IMG/VR virus record: IMGVR_UViG_3300029258_002750
Coordinates: 124,001-188,000 of that record
Length of the DNA stretch: 64,000 nucleotides
Direction: 5' to 3' (one strand)
Within the stretch, counting starts at the first letter, position 1. Each line of letters opens with the position of its first letter. Under the pieces are notes generated by a model that saw nothing but the letters and a program-made list of their open reading frames with translations, did not search any database and was not told the DNA's origin. This document shows positions 36,241-44,950 of this stretch, one piece after another. The translations under genes and the position numbers were made by a program.

Positions 36241-36605
36241 GCGGGCTGGCCGCGCTTGATCAGGCCGTGGTCGACCCGCGCGAGGGGTGGAAGCGCGTCT
36301 CCCAGTTCATCTGTCGGAGACAGTTCGACCGCGCGAAGGTCAAGTACTCGTCCGAGCGCGGTGGTCGTGTGCTGATTCGGCTGGTGGACGATGTCCCCGA
36401 GCGCACGATCACAACGCTGACCGCGCCCGGCTACCCCAACGAGATCGTGGTGGCAACGATGGCCCTCCTGGCGGACAGGATGCCGGAGGACCAGGCGATC
36501 TGCTCGTTGTGGGTGTGCTCACTGGCCGGACAGGTCACGGTCTACAGCCTGGAGCTTCATCCAGAGCCGTCTGCTGTTGATCAGCTCGGAGACCTGACGC
36601 GATGA
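36237..36605 (+). CDS. hypothetical protein with C-tag
   Basis: SAVDQLGDL. Confidence 0.75.
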   Translation: MSGLAALDQAVVDPREGWKRVSQFICRRQFDRAKVKYSSERGGRVLIRLVDDVPERTITTLTAPGYPNEIVVATMALLADRMPEDQAICSLWVCSLAGQVTVYSLELHPEPSAVDQLGDLTR

Positions 36606-37108
36606 GCAACCCCTTCATCGTCCCTGTTCCGCGCGGCGCGACCCAGATCGACCTGCGGCCCTACCTGGCGCCGATCCTGCGGGAGCTACTGCTGATCGCG
36701 CAGCGCGGTCAACCGTGGGGCGAGGCGCATACCGAGATCGAGCTGGAGGACTGGATTGGTCGCGTCTACGGGCGCGACCGACTCGCTCGCGCGATCGAGC
36801 TGGTGCAGCGGGAGTGGTTCTCGGAGTACATGCTCTCGAGGAAGTGGCGCCGGAGCGGCGGCCTCGACGGCGGATTCGCCCAGTACTATCCTCCCGAGCC
36901 GGAGATGAAGCGGCGGGGGCACTTGTGCATCCGGCTGAAGGAGGAGTTCATTCCCGAGAGCCTGCCTCTGATCAGCCAGCACTGGAGGGCGATCCACGAG
37001 ATCGCAAACTGGGAGAAGCGCGCGCCAGCCGAGGTTGCTCGCGACATCCTGGCGATTGGTGGACTGGCTGTGGATGCGCTTGCGCTCCTCGGCGCGGAGA
37101 CCGAGTGA
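36602..37108 (+). CDS. hypothetical protein with C-tag
   Basis: LAVDALALL. Confidence 0.75.
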   Translation: MSNPFIVPVPRGATQIDLRPYLAPILRELLLIAQRGQPWGEAHTEIELEDWIGRVYGRDRLARAIELVQREWFSEYMLSRKWRRSGGLDGGFAQYYPPEPEMKRRGHLCIRLKEEFIPESLPLISQHWRAIHEIANWEKRAPAEVARDILAIGGLAVDALALLGAETE

Positions 37109-37458
37109 GCCTGCTGATCTACCCGGTTGAGGTTTACATCGATCATCGGCTGCGCGAGCGGTTCCCGGATGCCGTAGTCGCGGTTCGCCGCCACTGTGGG
37201 ATGCCGCACTGGTACATCGGCGGCGAGCCAAAGCGCGGCGGGTGGATCCGCTGCCCCGGAGCCGACGGCTGGATGCAGGCACCGTTCCGGCTTTGGCTCA
37301 CCAGAGGATCTGGCAGCCGATCGATTGGTTACACGAGTAGGGGCGAGCTGAATCCGACCTTCGTGCGAGTCGACGACGACAAGCGGTCGTGGGAGTCAGC
37401 GGTGGGGCGGGTGATGCGCGCCGCCGACGATGCGCTTGTTGGGTGGTCTCTTGTATGA
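37105..37458 (+). CDS. hypothetical protein
   Basis: GTG 37105 coupled. Confidence 0.7.
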   Translation: MSLLIYPVEVYIDHRLRERFPDAVVAVRRHCGMPHWYIGGEPKRGGWIRCPGADGWMQAPFRLWLTRGSGSRSIGYTSRGELNPTFVRVDDDKRSWESAVGRVMRAADDALVGWSLV

Positions 37459-37790
37459 GCCTGTCCATCGGCGTCTACACGAGCAACAACGGCAATCGGC
37501 GGATTCATCTCGGCGACACCGACCAGTGGAGCGAAGGTCTCCGGCCGAGTCTGTGCGGTCTTCACTTTCTTGTGTGGTCGCCGGTTCGGGTGATCGAGGA
37601 CGACAACACGGTCCAGTCACCGGCGACGCGCGGCAAGCGCTCAAGAGACGCGGATGTCGAAGAGGTGCTGCGCTACTACCAGGAGTACAAGAAGGCCCCG
37701 CACTGCCAACGATGCCTGAGACTAGCGCAGAGATTCCGTGACGCTGTTTCTCAGCTCGGCGCCATCGCCCCTCGATCTGGTGGGGCGTAG
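37455..37790 (+). CDS. Zn-binding protein with C-tag
   Basis: H....SLCG...CQRC; DAVSQLGAI. Confidence 0.75.
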   Translation: MSLSIGVYTSNNGNRRIHLGDTDQWSEGLRPSLCGLHFLVWSPVRVIEDDNTVQSPATRGKRSRDADVEEVLRYYQEYKKAPHCQRCLRLAQRFRDAVSQLGAIAPRSGGA

Positions 37791-38092
37791 GGGCAAGCCT
37801 CAACGGCGTCGGCGATCTCGTCGCGCGGATTAGTCACCCGCGCGAGTCGGTCCACGGCCGACAACTCGTAGACGGTTACTTTGCCGCGCGGGCGTTCTGG
37901 ATTGCCCGGCCGCCAGTACCACTTCACGCGGACGCCGTGACTCTCGGCCAGGTTCGGGAACCTCTCCTTGAACGTCTCCCGCAGGGCGTGCAGGACGATC
38001 GGCCGGTAAGGCTCGCGGCGGAGGTAGTTCTCGAGCAGCGTGGTCAGTCTCTCCTCGGCCATCTCGGGCGTGTGGTAGTCGGGGTCGATCAT
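37751..38092 (-). CDS. hypothetical protein with C-tag
   Basis: SAVDRLARV. Confidence 0.7.
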   Translation of the reverse strand: MIDPDYHTPEMAEERLTTLLENYLRREPYRPIVLHALRETFKERFPNLAESHGVRVKWYWRPGNPERPRGKVTVYELSAVDRLARVTNPRDEIADAVEACPYAPPDRGAMAPS

Positions 38093-38340
38093 GCGAGCTT
38101 GCCCAGCTGATCGACGATGTTGCGCAGCTCGACCTGGCAGGGCCAGACGAGTTTGCCCTCGAATGGGGAGCTTTCGGGCACGAAGATCCACGGCTGGTGG
38201 CACCGCTGGCACCCGCACAGGAACCGGCCGCGCACGATCGACTCCACGACAGCTTGGTCGGCCGACATGACAGCGCCCTCCTGGCCGGTCTTGATGAGTG
38301 TCACCAGTGCGCATTCCCACAGCTCGCCTTCACTCGCCAT
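38089..38340 (-). CDS. Zn-binding protein with C-tag
   Basis: CGCQRC; NIVDQLGKL. Confidence 0.7.
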   Translation of the reverse strand: MASEGELWECALVTLIKTGQEGAVMSADQAVVESIVRGRFLCGCQRCHQPWIFVPESSPFEGKLVWPCQVELRNIVDQLGKLA

Positions 38341-38842
38341 CGGCCAGCGCTCCGAGCAGATCCACGGCCGGGATCAGGGTGTAGATCGATTCGAGAAGGA
38401 ACTGGAGGACCCGCTTCGCGTCCTCGCCGTCCAGGTCGGCCGGATCGTCTGGGGCCTTCCCTTCTCGGTTGACCGAGCACAGCATCAAGACGGTGGCGTG
38501 GATGTTGATCTTCGCGGCCAGCATTCCACTGGGCTGCTCGTCGTAACGCTGCTTGATCAGTTCGGATAAGGTCACGCCGGTCGCGAGCGCGTCAAATCCG
38601 GCGTCGGGAACCTCGGTGCTGAGGTCAAACTCGGCCACGTCGGTGTAGAGCGGCCGGGCGATGGAGTGCCATTCCATGGCGAGCTGGAACGGCTCCCGGC
38701 CTACGTGCCGATTCCAGTCTCCCGCGTTGGACAGGATCTCGGCGAACTTCCTGAGCATGTGACTGGCGAGAGCGTGGGCCGAGATCGTTTTGCCGTCTTG
38801 CTGCTCCAACAGCTTGAAGATGTCCTCGATCGAGACGGTCAC
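38330..38842 (-). CDS. helical protein with C-tag
   Basis: PAVDLLGAL. Confidence 0.8.
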   Translation of the reverse strand: MTVSIEDIFKLLEQQDGKTISAHALASHMLRKFAEILSNAGDWNRHVGREPFQLAMEWHSIARPLYTDVAEFDLSTEVPDAGFDALATGVTLSELIKQRYDEQPSGMLAAKINIHATVLMLCSVNREGKAPDDPADLDGEDAKRVLQFLLESIYTLIPAVDLLGALADGE

Positions 38843-39177
38843 GGCCTGTCCTCGGCCACCTCGGCCAGCGCAACCACAGCTCCGCGCGCGCGTAGGATCG
38901 CGGCCCGCATTTCGCTCTGGAAGATCTCCCGGGCGATGCGCTGTCCCTCTCTCTGGGCCTTCTTGGCGATGTCATCCTCAGCCTTCAGCAGCTCCATCCT
39001 GCACTCCTTGGAGCAGAAGATGAGCGTCGGGTCCATGCCTTCGGTGAGGAAGCGCACAGGGCGCATACTCGGACGATCGACCCAGTTCTCAGGGAGCTTG
39101 ATCTGGGTATTCGGCCTGTGCTTCCGCTCGTTGCGCTTCCCGCACCAGCAGCAGACCGTGGTCACCTTCATCGTCAT
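38839..39177 (-). CDS. Zn-finger protein (CxxC...FCSxxC)
   Basis: CCWCG...FCSKEC; leaderless start. Confidence 0.75.
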   Translation of the reverse strand: MTMKVTTVCCWCGKRNERKHRPNTQIKLPENWVDRPSMRPVRFLTEGMDPTLIFCSKECRMELLKAEDDIAKKAQREGQRIAREIFQSEMRAAILRARGAVVALAEVAEDRP

Positions 39178-39183
39178 GCCTTC

Positions 39184-39202
39184 GTTCTACCCCGGGTAGA
39201 AC
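39184..39202. promoter_or_regulatory. back-to-back promoter pair GTTCTACCCCGGGTAGAAC
   Basis: each copy 6 nt from a start codon (39177 minus, 39209 plus). Confidence 0.8.
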
Positions 39203-39208
39203 GAGGTC

Positions 39209-39445
39209 GTGAGCCAGATCCCCATCCGCGCCCGGGTCATGCTGCGGCGAGCTATCGACTGCTGGCAGGAGCACGTCGAGGATCACAGTGGAAATCAAGC
39301 ACGCCTACGGGCGGCCGTAGCCGATCCCACGCGACTCCTCCAGGGCGGCCTTGTAGAATGCCCCCTGCGGAGGAGGCGCTACGCATGGCTATTCGTACGT
39401 CGGTCCGGGCTTCGATCGGGGGGAACACCGAGGGAGGGGCGCTAG
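39209..39445 (+). CDS. hypothetical protein
   Basis: leaderless GTG; overlaps next gene by 61 nt. Confidence 0.5.
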   Translation: MSQIPIRARVMLRRAIDCWQEHVEDHSGNQARLRAAVADPTRLLQGGLVECPLRRRRYAWLFVRRSGLRSGGTPREGR

Positions 39446-40020
39446 CCGCAGCGGCCTACGACTTCTACCTCGACGACCAGGACCAGCACAACCAGCTGAC
39501 GGTGACGGTCGAGCCCGGCGATGTCCTCAAGCCGGTGACCCTGCCGACCCAGCCAGCCGAGGCCGGGGCGAAGCAGACGTTCTTCATGCTGCGCACCGAT
39601 GGCGACATCCAGGTGCGGCTGAACGACAACACGACGCTGACCTTCAGCATCGCCGCGAACGGGCTGATGGTCTTCTCGGGCCTGCCCGAGATCAGCCGGA
39701 TGGAGTTCAGCTACGTTGGAGCTGGGACCGAGGAGGTCAAGGTCCACATCACCAAGATCATCGGTGACCAGCTCCTCCCCGACCCGGGCGGGCCGGGCGG
39801 TGCGATCGGCCGCGTCGAGGACAAGTGGGCCGCGACCATCGGTCAGACGGTCTTCACGCTCACGCGCGCGCCGGAGGAGCCCGACTCGTGGCCGCTCTTC
39901 ATCGAGGGCGTCCAGTACTCCTCGCCGGACTTCTTCACGGTCTCGGGAACCACGCTCACCTGGCTCGATGTGCCGTTCACGCTGCCTGCCGGTGCGCGGG
40001 TCGAGTTCTACTACGAGTAG
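39385..40020 (+). CDS. beta-rich putative virion structural protein
   Basis: AGGAGG RBS; ATIGQTVFTL...LFIEGVQY...DFFTVSGTTLTW. Confidence 0.65.
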   Translation: MAIRTSVRASIGGNTEGGALAAAAYDFYLDDQDQHNQLTVTVEPGDVLKPVTLPTQPAEAGAKQTFFMLRTDGDIQVRLNDNTTLTFSIAANGLMVFSGLPEISRMEFSYVGAGTEEVKVHITKIIGDQLLPDPGGPGGAIGRVEDKWAATIGQTVFTLTRAPEEPDSWPLFIEGVQYSSPDFFTVSGTTLTWLDVPFTLPAGARVEFYYE

Positions 40021-40029
40021 GAGGACGCT

Positions 40030-40902
40030 ATGGGAATCTTCGGTGCACAACTGGACGATGACGCCATCCCGCAGGCGAAGCTCTCCCCGGATGTCCAGGC
40101 GAAGCTCCCCACCTGGGAGACCAAGACCGAGAACTTCGCGATCACAACCGCCGACAACGGCAAGGGCTACATCAACACGGGTGCGACCGGGCCGGTCAAG
40201 GGCACGTGCGCTGTGGGCCTGCCAGACGGCTTCGAGGTCTCCTTCCTCCGGGTCACGGCTCAGGACTTCTGGTTCCAGCCAGCGCCGGGCGAGGAGTGCT
40301 ACCGCACCGACCTCGGTACCTTGACCGGCTGGGGCACCAACCTTGCGGTCTCGATCAACGCCCTGGTCAATCGCATCACCTGGAAGCTCGTGGTCGACGG
40401 CGCCAATCGGATGTGGGTTCCGCTCGTCGGCACCGTGAACCTGAAGGCGCAGTACCCGCTCCAGGGTCTCGACCTCAAGGACAAGACCCCAGACGGAGCG
40501 GCCTTCAACGTCAATCCGCCGACATGCGCGGCCGGGCGCTGGGAGATCCGCATCCGGGCCGAGCCATCGGCCACGCTCCTGGGATCGCTCGAGTGGGACG
40601 GCGGGTTCACCTGGACAGATGGCGCCGTCGCTGGCGTGTCTGACCTGCTCTATCTGGAGATCGACGCTTCCCTGACGCACGCGGGCGACGATGTGGTCTG
40701 GTCCGACGATCCGGCCGACGACCAGTTCCTCACCCTTTCCTACAGCACCGGCGGCGGCTTCCTCACGCTCTCCACGATCAAGCCCTACGAGGGGCCGCTG
40801 ACCATCGGCCGGGGACAGCTGCTCGACTACTGGATCGGCCAGGACGGACGGCTCTACGCGCGCAACGGCGGTGCGACCCCGTTCCCCTACGAGGCGGTCT
40901 AG
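40030..40902 (+). CDS. putative tail fibre / structural protein
   Basis: AIPQAKLS repeat-like motif; Thr/Gly/Trp beta-rich. Confidence 0.55.
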   Translation: MGIFGAQLDDDAIPQAKLSPDVQAKLPTWETKTENFAITTADNGKGYINTGATGPVKGTCAVGLPDGFEVSFLRVTAQDFWFQPAPGEECYRTDLGTLTGWGTNLAVSINALVNRITWKLVVDGANRMWVPLVGTVNLKAQYPLQGLDLKDKTPDGAAFNVNPPTCAAGRWEIRIRAEPSATLLGSLEWDGGFTWTDGAVAGVSDLLYLEIDASLTHAGDDVVWSDDPADDQFLTLSYSTGGGFLTLSTIKPYEGPLTIGRGQLLDYWIGQDGRLYARNGGATPFPYEAV

Positions 40903-41135
40903 CTCTCCGGCAAGCTACCCAGCTGACTGACCGCGTCCTTCGGTTTGACCGGCTCCCAGTCGGCGAACAGCTCTGCGTTGGCCCAGCGCTCGTCCTGCGT
41001 CTCCGGCCCAATCCCGTGGTACATCACGTAGACGCCTAGTTCGGTCCAGGTAACCGAGTACGGTTCCTCGCTGTTCGCCGGTTTGCGGCGGGCTGCGGGT
41101 ACCTCGCTGCGTCGTAGCGCCGTGTAGAGCTGCAT
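40899..41135 (-). CDS. DUF2829-like-outline protein with C-tag
   Basis: MQLYTALRRSEVPAARR...AELFADWEP; DAVSQLGSL. Confidence 0.75.
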   Translation of the reverse strand: MQLYTALRRSEVPAARRKPANSEEPYSVTWTELGVYVMYHGIGPETQDERWANAELFADWEPVKPKDAVSQLGSLPES

Positions 41136-41141
41136 GTCGGT

Positions 41142-41150
41142 GTTCTACCC
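41142..41150 (-). promoter_or_regulatory. GGGTAGAAC putative promoter, leaderless
   Basis: 6 nt before ATG 41135. Confidence 0.75.
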
Positions 41151-41662
41151 TACGCGGCCGAGAGGGAGAACACCTCCGCGTTCGCGTCGAGCAGGGCGCC
41201 GAGTGAGGTAACGACGTCATCGTTCGGTGCGCCCTCCGGCCACCACCGGACCACGATCGGCTCGAGGTTCCGCTCCAGCAGGGCGCGCACGTCATCCCAG
41301 TGGCACGGGTGGCGGTGCTCGTGGAACAACTCGGTCGCCCACAGCGCGGCGAGCAGGATCCTCTCCAGCTTGTCGCGGCCCGATGGTGTGATCTGCTCAC
41401 GGAGCTGCGGACCCTCGTCCTCGTAGAAGGCGAAACAGCTCGGCCGGAACTGCGGGAAGACCTGGCAGATGAGGTAGTCGATGTAGGACTGGTAGTGGTC
41501 GGGATCGTCGCCCCCGGCCACGGTTTCCACTGCCGCCTTCAGCTTGCTCCGGTCGTGGAGCGTCTTCTCGATGAGCGGAAAGATGGTCGTAGTGGTGCCG
41601 CCGTCAATCTCCAGCCCGAGCACGAGTTGGAGCTGAACGGTCTGGGTGAGTTGCAAAAGCAT
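41150..41662 (-). CDS. hypothetical protein with C-tag
   Basis: GGAGG RBS; DVVTSLGAL. Confidence 0.75.
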   Translation of the reverse strand: MLLQLTQTVQLQLVLGLEIDGGTTTTIFPLIEKTLHDRSKLKAAVETVAGGDDPDHYQSYIDYLICQVFPQFRPSCFAFYEDEGPQLREQITPSGRDKLERILLAALWATELFHEHRHPCHWDDVRALLERNLEPIVVRWWPEGAPNDDVVTSLGALLDANAEVFSLSAA

Positions 41663-41741
41663 GGCTGCCTTCCTCCGGGTTGGTTGAGCAGCAGTTCCTT
41701 TCGCATGAGGCGTGCCGAGGAAACCCCGACCAACCTCTACT

Positions 41742-41772
41742 CCTCCCAACAGCTCACCGGCCCGTTCTCACG
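41742..41772 (-). promoter_or_regulatory. degenerate bipartite motif CGTGAGAAC-N11-CTGTTGGGAGG
   Basis: same N11 spacing as the other copies. Confidence 0.5.
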
Positions 41773-42125
41773 GCTGGAGTTCCGGCAGAAGATTCTTTGT
41801 GCGTTCGGAAGATCCCTTGTGCCTCGATCCGGCCTGGAGCGGATTCCGATCCGGCCAGGGCCGGATTGGGGTGAGCGGCGGGATCGTCGGCTATCCCCTG
41901 GGATAGCTCCGGGGCGCCCCGGGGCTCGCCAGAGAGCCCGACATAAACGCTTGGGGGACGAGGTTGCCCCCGACTATCGATGTAAGTCCTTTAGAATCAA
42001 CGCAGCGCTTCCAGAGCCCGCGTGTGGTTCGATCATCAGGCCGAGGGCTCGTGGCCCCTGTGCGCCGAGATCGTGTCTCCTGATCAAGGACGTGGCGCCA
42101 GGGAGCCTGCCAGGACGTCTGCCCG

Positions 42126-42134
42126 GGGTAGAAC
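42126..42134 (+). promoter_or_regulatory. GGGTAGAAC putative promoter, leaderless
   Basis: 6 nt before ATG 42141. Confidence 0.75.
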
Positions 42135-42140
42135 GTCAGC

Positions 42141-42560
42141 ATGGCGCGTAAGAAGACTCCGGGCATCCCGCTCGCGATGACCACGAATATGTGGATCGGC
42201 TTGCGACTGATCGGCTCCCACTACCTGTGGGAGCGCGCCTGGCCCGACCCGGATCACGAGCCGAAGGAGTACGAGAAGGTCTGCGCTGTGGAGAAGCTCT
42301 ACGAGGAGCTGCCCGGCGACTGGCCAGCGACCGAGGGGCCGAATCGACGCCGCGCCTATGGCGGTCGGCGGGGGCGCGCTCTGAAGAGGCGCCAGAAGAT
42401 GCACCTTCGGCCCGAGCAGGTCGAGCCGATGCTGGACCTGCTGCGCTATGCGGTGTCGGTGCCCGGCGGCTTCATGGACAACCTGGTCTCGGGCTACCAC
42501 ATGCGGATCGCGCAGTTGGAGAAGCTCGACCTGATCACGATCATGGGCTCGCTCGCGTGA
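42141..42560 (+). CDS. hypothetical protein, paralog of 43510-43860, degenerate C-tag
   Basis: RKK.PGIP...LR..G.H.L.E; DLITIMGSL. Confidence 0.8.
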   Translation: MARKKTPGIPLAMTTNMWIGLRLIGSHYLWERAWPDPDHEPKEYEKVCAVEKLYEELPGDWPATEGPNRRRAYGGRRGRALKRRQKMHLRPEQVEPMLDLLRYAVSVPGGFMDNLVSGYHMRIAQLEKLDLITIMGSLA

Positions 42561-42811
42561 AGCGTCGGCTTCCAGTCGGAACCCCGGTAGTGATCACCGG
42601 CGGCGGCCACGAAGGGGCACTCGGCTACATCACCTGGGACGAGGCTCTCAGCGCGCTGCCGGGCTTCGTTACGGTCCAGCCGGACGACTACAGGGGATTT
42701 GCCGTTCGAGTGCGGATCGAGGACGTGGAGCCCCGCAGCGCGGTCGATGCCCTGGCATCGGTCGTGAGGGAGGAAGAACGTGGAGCGGACGCTGGTACTG
42801 ATCAAGCCTGA
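42557..42811 (+). CDS. SH3/KOW-like protein with C-tag
   Basis: LPVGTPVVITGGGHEGALG; SAVDALASV. Confidence 0.8.
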   Translation: MKRRLPVGTPVVITGGGHEGALGYITWDEALSALPGFVTVQPDDYRGFAVRVRIEDVEPRSAVDALASVVREEERGADAGTDQA

Positions 42812-43229
42812 CGCGGTCTCGCGCGGGCTCGTCGGAGAGATCATCTCCCGCTTCGAGCGGAAGAAGCTGAAGCTCCTCGGTCTGAAGATGCTGCGCGCCG
42901 ACGGGGAGCTTGTCGCACAGCACTATGCCGAGCACGTTGACAAGCCGTTCTACGCGGAGCTGGCCCTCTTCACGATGAGCGGGCCGATCGTGGCGATGGT
43001 TCTGGCGGGTCACCAGGCCGTTCACGTCGTGCGCACCTTGATGGGACCGACCGATGGGGTAGGCGCGCCGCTCGGAACGATCCGGGGTGACTTCGCGTCC
43101 GGCGATCCGATCCGCGAGAACCTCGTCCACGGCTCCGACTCAGCTGAGTCGGCTGCGCGGGAACTCGAGTTGTTCTTCGGCGGCGACTTCGATGTGGACG
43201 ACCATCGGGTCAGCGCTGACGGGCCGTGA
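42780..43229 (+). CDS. ndk: nucleoside-diphosphate kinase
   Basis: ERTLVLIKPDAV.RGLVGEIISRFE, GTIRGDF, NLVHGSDS. Confidence 0.95.
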   Translation: MERTLVLIKPDAVSRGLVGEIISRFERKKLKLLGLKMLRADGELVAQHYAEHVDKPFYAELALFTMSGPIVAMVLAGHQAVHVVRTLMGPTDGVGAPLGTIRGDFASGDPIRENLVHGSDSAESAARELELFFGGDFDVDDHRVSADGP

Positions 43230-43513
43230 CCGAGAACGAGTTCATACGAGAGATCACGGCTCTCGGGTTCTACCCGCTCACCGGCCACGGCACGCGGCCA
43301 GCGAGCGACCTCGTCCACGATCGCCTGAGCATGATGGTCGATCTTCGCGGGCTGAGGCGGCGAGCAACCTACCGCCGTGGCAATCCCTACCTCAGCGCTC
43401 TTGCGGCAATAGCGCGTGAGATCAGCAAGCTCGATGCGATTGATCAGCTCGCCCTGCTGGGAGATACGCTGCCGACCGAGGTAGAACAGGGGTTAGAGGA
43501 ACATGATCTATGA
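43226..43513 (+). CDS. hypothetical protein with C-tag
   Basis: DAIDQLALL. Confidence 0.7.
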   Translation: MTENEFIREITALGFYPLTGHGTRPASDLVHDRLSMMVDLRGLRRRATYRRGNPYLSALAAIAREISKLDAIDQLALLGDTLPTEVEQGLEEHDL

Positions 43514-43860
43514 GCAGGAAGAAGCCCGGAATCCCGATGAGAATCACGGGGCCGGTCCTGTTGGCCTTGCGAATGGCTGGGGCGCATCATCTTTACGAGA
43601 ACGAGAACGATGACGAGGTCCGGTGGTGGCTGGACCGGCTGCCTCGACCGGACTGGGAAGAGGCGGCTCGTAGCTACACAGGTGTTGGCTCGAAGACTAT
43701 TCGGATTCCGGCCGCCAAGGTGGACTCGTTCATCCGCTTCTTGAAGATTGCTGCCACGAATCCGCACCAGGGGCCTGGGGTCGGTGGTGCGATCGAGAGC
43801 CGGATCGAGAAGCTCGAGTCGATGAGCAGCATCGAGCGGCTCGGTGCGATCGAGCCGTGA
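43510..43860 (+). CDS. hypothetical protein, paralog of 42141-42560, with C-tag
   Basis: SSIERLGAI. Confidence 0.8.
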   Translation: MSRKKPGIPMRITGPVLLALRMAGAHHLYENENDDEVRWWLDRLPRPDWEEAARSYTGVGSKTIRIPAAKVDSFIRFLKIAATNPHQGPGVGGAIESRIEKLESMSSIERLGAIEP

Positions 43861-44216
43861 GGTTCTGGGAGGCGGTCCGCTGGAGCAAGAGCGGTGTTGC
43901 GTCCTACGTGGTGAAGGAGCCAGGCTGTCCAGAAAACCCGATGACTGAGGAGGAGATCGAGGAGGCGTTCTGCCTCTCCAGCCGCCTGAACGTGAAGATC
44001 GCGCAGGGTCAGCCGGTTCTCATCAACGACAACCACTACGCAGCCGATCGCGTGCCGGATCTGATCGAGAACAGCGTCGAGTGGGAGCCATTTCCGCCCG
44101 TCCGCGACGCGATTTCTGAGCTGGGGAGTCTGACCCCCGAGGTAGAACTGGGGCATGACCCTGGACGAGGCCCTGGGATGGAGCGATCGGCGCGCGGCGG
44201 TCCGTACACCAGCTGA
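43857..44216 (+). CDS. DUF2829-like-outline protein with C-tag
   Basis: MRFWEAVRWSKSGVA...VEWEP; DAISELGSL. Confidence 0.7.
   Translation: MRFWEAVRWSKSGVASYVVKEPGCPENPMTEEEIEEAFCLSSRLNVKIAQGQPVLINDNHYAADRVPDLIENSVEWEPFPPVRDAISELGSLTPEVELGHDPGRGPGMERSARGGPYTS
44140..44148 (+). promoter_or_regulatory. AGGTAGAAC promoter variant, leaderless
   Basis: 6 nt before ATG 44155. Confidence 0.65.
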
Positions 44217-44385
44217 TCCGATCGAACCGTGCGCGGTCATAGATCCACCGTGCACGTGTTGTCCGACGGTTGCGCTCACGGCCACGCGCGAGCCGACTGA
44301 CGTCGCTTGGGCCTACACCTTCGAGAACTGGGAGCCGGTCAGCGCCGACCTGGGCGCGCTGGCGATGAGCGGGACGCGCCGGTGA
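44155..44385 (+). CDS. DUF2829-like-outline protein
   Basis: MTLDEALGWSDRRAAVR...FENWEP. Confidence 0.7.
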   Translation: MTLDEALGWSDRRAAVRTPADPIEPCAVIDPPCTCCPTVALTATREPTDVAWAYTFENWEPVSADLGALAMSGTRR

Positions 44386-44600
44386 AGTTCCGTGTGGGGC
44401 AGGAGGTAGTGGTTACGGCAGGCGATGCCCAGGTCAACCGAGGGGCGGTCGCCAAGGTGACTCAGATCGAACATGCGTCTGTGAACCCCCACCGGGTGCG
44501 GATCAGCCACCACGGATGGAGCACGTGGGTCACGCCCGATCAGATCGAACATGCGAACGCGATCGAGGGCCTCGGTGGCCTGGCGGATGTCGTCCGATGA
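44382..44600 (+). CDS. SH3/KOW-like protein with C-tag
   Basis: KFRVGQEVVV; NAIEGLGGL. Confidence 0.8.
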   Translation: MKFRVGQEVVVTAGDAQVNRGAVAKVTQIEHASVNPHRVRISHHGWSTWVTPDQIEHANAIEGLGGLADVVR

Positions 44601-44950
44601 GCCTCTCGGATGTTCCCCTGTCCGACCTGGCCGACGAGGTGTTGTTCCACGGGGTAGAGCAAACGCTGCTCAACAAGGTCCGTGAGCGCTCTCGCTCGGT
44701 CTACAAGGTCGCCCGCGACCTCATCGATCATGCGGAAGGTCCCAAGACCATCGGACGGTTCATCGACGCGCGTGATCAGGCAGAGCACGGCATGGACTCG
44801 AACAGACTCTCCTCGGCGCTCATGGCGCTCTGTCGAGCCGAGGCCAAGCTCGCCAACACCGACGATGTGAAGCACCGCGCCCGGCGCTACTTGGTCTCAG
44901 TTCTGCCTGCCGTCGATGCGCTTGCCATCCTGGGTAGGGAGGAATCGTGA
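44597..44950 (+). CDS. helical protein with C-tag
   Basis: PAVDALAIL. Confidence 0.75.
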   Translation: MSLSDVPLSDLADEVLFHGVEQTLLNKVRERSRSVYKVARDLIDHAEGPKTIGRFIDARDQAEHGMDSNRLSSALMALCRAEAKLANTDDVKHRARRYLVSVLPAVDALAILGREES

